A DNA stretch of 62,348 nt, filler included, from Sphacelaria rigidula (Eukaryota), in assembly GCA_964200075.2 (NCBI GenBank). It is 11 parts of 11 records of this genome, joined end to end, with 100 filler letters (N's around TTAATTAATTAA, not from the genome) between each part and the next. Parts side by side here need not be neighbours in the genome. Positions count along the whole stretch, not along the records: positions 56,772 to 62,348 come from CAXNAA020026173.1; 10 more parts are not named here. One strand, written 5' to 3'. A model generated the notes under the pieces. The model was not told the DNA's origin. It searched no databases and saw only the letters and a program-made list of their open reading frames with translations. Shown piece by piece: positions 59,897 through 62,348 of the stretch (position 1 is its first letter; each line of letters starts with the position of its first letter). The translations under genes and the position numbers were made by a program.

Positions 59897-62348
59897 TCAT
59901 GAGTCATCTGCATCCCAAGCGGTGTCCGTGTTCCGTAGAACGGCTGTTTCGAGTTCGCCTTGGTCGTGTCGTTGGAGGCACCAGGATCCCCTCCGAGCGA
60001 TCGGCTCCTCGGTGTAGTACGCACCATCCAAGCGAATCTTAAGGGGGCTCGGGACATCAAGGAAACGGATAAAGTAGGAGTGGTCAGATGCAGGGTCGAC
60101 CAAATGAATTTTACCCAACCACCACAGTGAATCCAAGGCCTTATACCAAAAATACGCCCCTTTCGGCAATCGTTTTCCGGGAAAGCACTGCAGGTATTAT
60201 GAACGCGAAATAAGACTATAGCCTGTCACAACAAACCGCGCTGAGTGTTCACGTGCTAGTTCCCGAGCGGCAGCTCCCTTGCGCATCGACCGGTATCTCT
60301 TATTCAACAGGCGGTGTTGGATGGTATCTTCAATCCAGTACAGCAATATTTCCCGACGAAAATGACGCAAATCAACTTCACGCTCCCGTGTAACACGCAT
60401 GATACCCTTCCAATGTGTTTGATACATTCCAGCTATCTTAACTCCACGACCGCGAACCAGTTGATGACCCGAAATCCTGTTTACCTCAACGCATTCCAGG
60501 GGTGCGTCGGCATCCTCGACCGCAATATGATACGGCGGAGTTTTGATCGCATACTTGATCAACACATACTGGCTAAGCCCTACAGGCAGTTGTTTGGGAA
60601 TGTGACAGGAGTCATGAGGGGGGATGCACGGTTTGCATCGTAGCATCCGTGGGAAAATCTAAATACAAAAGTTTCGCTCCCACCCGACTCTTGTCGGGTG
60701 CGGTAGCGCTTGGACTAACAGCTAAAATTTCCCAAGGACCAGTCCAATTCAAGGATAGTTTCGCCTTCAACACTTTGTCCAAAGATGATGATTTCGAGCT
60801 AGCTCCTTGATTGATGGTCTTCACATCGTTATATACCCATGCCCATTGGCCTACCTTCCACACCGGGCGGTTATGGACCACACCATCCAACATCGAGTTC
60901 GCCCTAGCGACCTTGGCCAAATTTATTTGGTTCTGTTCTCGTACCACTTCATATGCAAGACGAAGACGATTGCTAACTGACAAATGATAATCTGCAACAT
61001 CACGATCCAGACTCTGATGTCCACCTGCATTTTTGCGTTCGAATACCGTTAAAGGTAACCTAGGCATGCGTCCAATATGAATTTCAGTCGGCGAAAATCC
61101 CGTAGCGGCATTGACTGAATTGTTGTAGTTCATCTGGACAAGGGGCAGGTGTAGATCCCAGTCCATCTGTCTCTCATTTGCTACAGCAGCAAGCATCTGT
61201 GCCATCGTATGCTTCACTCGTTCCATTCCACCATTGGTGGAGGGGTGATATGAACTAGTAAAAATGCGATGGGAACCCAAAAGGTCACCGACGGCAGCTG
61301 AAAGTTTGCCTGAAAAATGCGGGCCGTTGTCCGACAATAAGCGTTTGGGCACACCCCACAGTGGGATGTACATGTAGACAAGAATGTTTGCGGTACCTTC
61401 CGCGGAATAACTACTGGGGGGGGACGGCGTGCATCACCGCATATCGACTAAATCTATCCGTCAACAACAAAATATACTTATTCCCACTACCCGTCAGGGG
61501 CAAAGGACCAAAATAGTCCCACGAAAGTACTTCACCAGGCCCGTTTGGGAGTGGCATGGAAACAATCGGCCAACGAACTGTTTGACGAGAAGTTTTTCGC
61601 GCCTGACACAAATAAAACGCCTCACCCACCAACGACAACACTGATCCATACAAATCCACCAATAAAAACGTTCCAACATCTGGGAGGTCCTAATGGCGCC
61701 TAAATGAGTCGATGCCTGTGAATGGCAGTAGAACCCATGGGTGCAGTAGCATCGGGACGTAGATGCGGACGGGTTCATCACCTAGCAAGCGGGCATGTCG
61801 ACTTGTAGGCTTTCTCCTGGGGAGGGCTGCTGTGGGCCGGCGAACTAACAGAGCTATACCATCATCATCCGTATGTAGCATACCTTTCCTTGAAAGTTCA
61901 GTAACTTCATCCTGTGGTGGGCGCTTTGAGATTCCCGACCGGCAAAAGGAATTCGGTTTCTGATAATGGACATGGACAACCTTTAGATAGATAATGGATA
62001 GCTGGCGTGGGAGAAGAGAGTCAAACGTTCCTTGAATACACCATCTGTTGAAGCTTCGACTTCGTGTGGGTTCGGGTCGGGGCGGGGTTGGTACGAAGCG
62101 GTGATTTCGGAATCAAGGGTGAGCCTACCAGTTGGTGTACTCTCAGATGGAACATTAACGTCTACTCCTACGTCGATTAGCGTGGAGGGTGTTGTGGTGG
62201 TGTTTGTAATATCATCACCACTGGAGGGGGGCACAGCCGTGGTTTCGGCTATGGTTGGCAGGGGCGGCACGGTCGGGGTCGATGTTTTGGGGGCCTTGCG
62301 TCGTGGAGGCTGCGGGGGCGCAAGGAAACTATCGGGGACCGGGGTGGC
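59897..62348 (-). mobile_element. Ty3/gypsy retrotransposon pol 3' half (integrase plus C-terminal extension), frameshifted
   Basis: HHCC region HSQASTHLG...YWW; WDYFGPLP; TDRFSR; LLSDNGPHF; YHPSTNGGMERV; WTGPW; chromo-like VNRISGHQLVRGRG...YQTHWKG; terminal FWYKA..LWWLGKI...RGSWCLQ. Confidence 0.92.

Noticed and set aside
1..62348. Fanzor/TnpB, hammerhead ribozymes, viral capsid or polymerase genes
   Set aside because: No RuvC/zinc-finger motifs, hammerhead core or viral hallmark motifs recognised by eye; heavily decayed copies cannot be excluded without HMM searches

Overview
This is not one locus. It is 11 unrelated, size-sorted contigs of 5577-5578 bp joined by 100-nt artificial linkers (44N-TTAATTAATTAA-44N, exact 5677-bp period), so adjacency across linkers is meaningless. 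The DNA is eukaryotic, repeat-rich and intron-containing. It is most likely a brown alga (Phaeophyceae); this is inferred from the style of the repeats and Ty3/gypsy proteins, and the species cannot be determined. Recognisable content: (1) three exons of a plant/stramenopile-type histidyl-tRNA synthetase N-terminal extension; (2) a decayed intron-containing hAT transposase with an inverted BED-finger duplication; (3) two Ty3/gypsy fragments; (4) a LINE endonuclease relic; (5) several tRNA-derived SINEs and many MITEs; (6) a very abundant ~115-nt G-tract-headed short repeat lying at six assembly breaks. The most interesting signal is a set of decayed, compact orphan genes. Read by eye across stops and frameshifts, they show an amino-(N6A/N4C)-type DNA-methyltransferase-like fold plus a BAH-like domain (contig 7), a papain-like/BAH/Ulp1-like protein (contig 4), a SIM plus Ulp1-like protein (contig 9), and a convergent gene pair present as diverged copies on contigs 7 and 11. 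Together these suggest large mobile elements carrying a chromatin/SUMO toolkit. All domain calls are manual motif matches and need HMM or structure confirmation.
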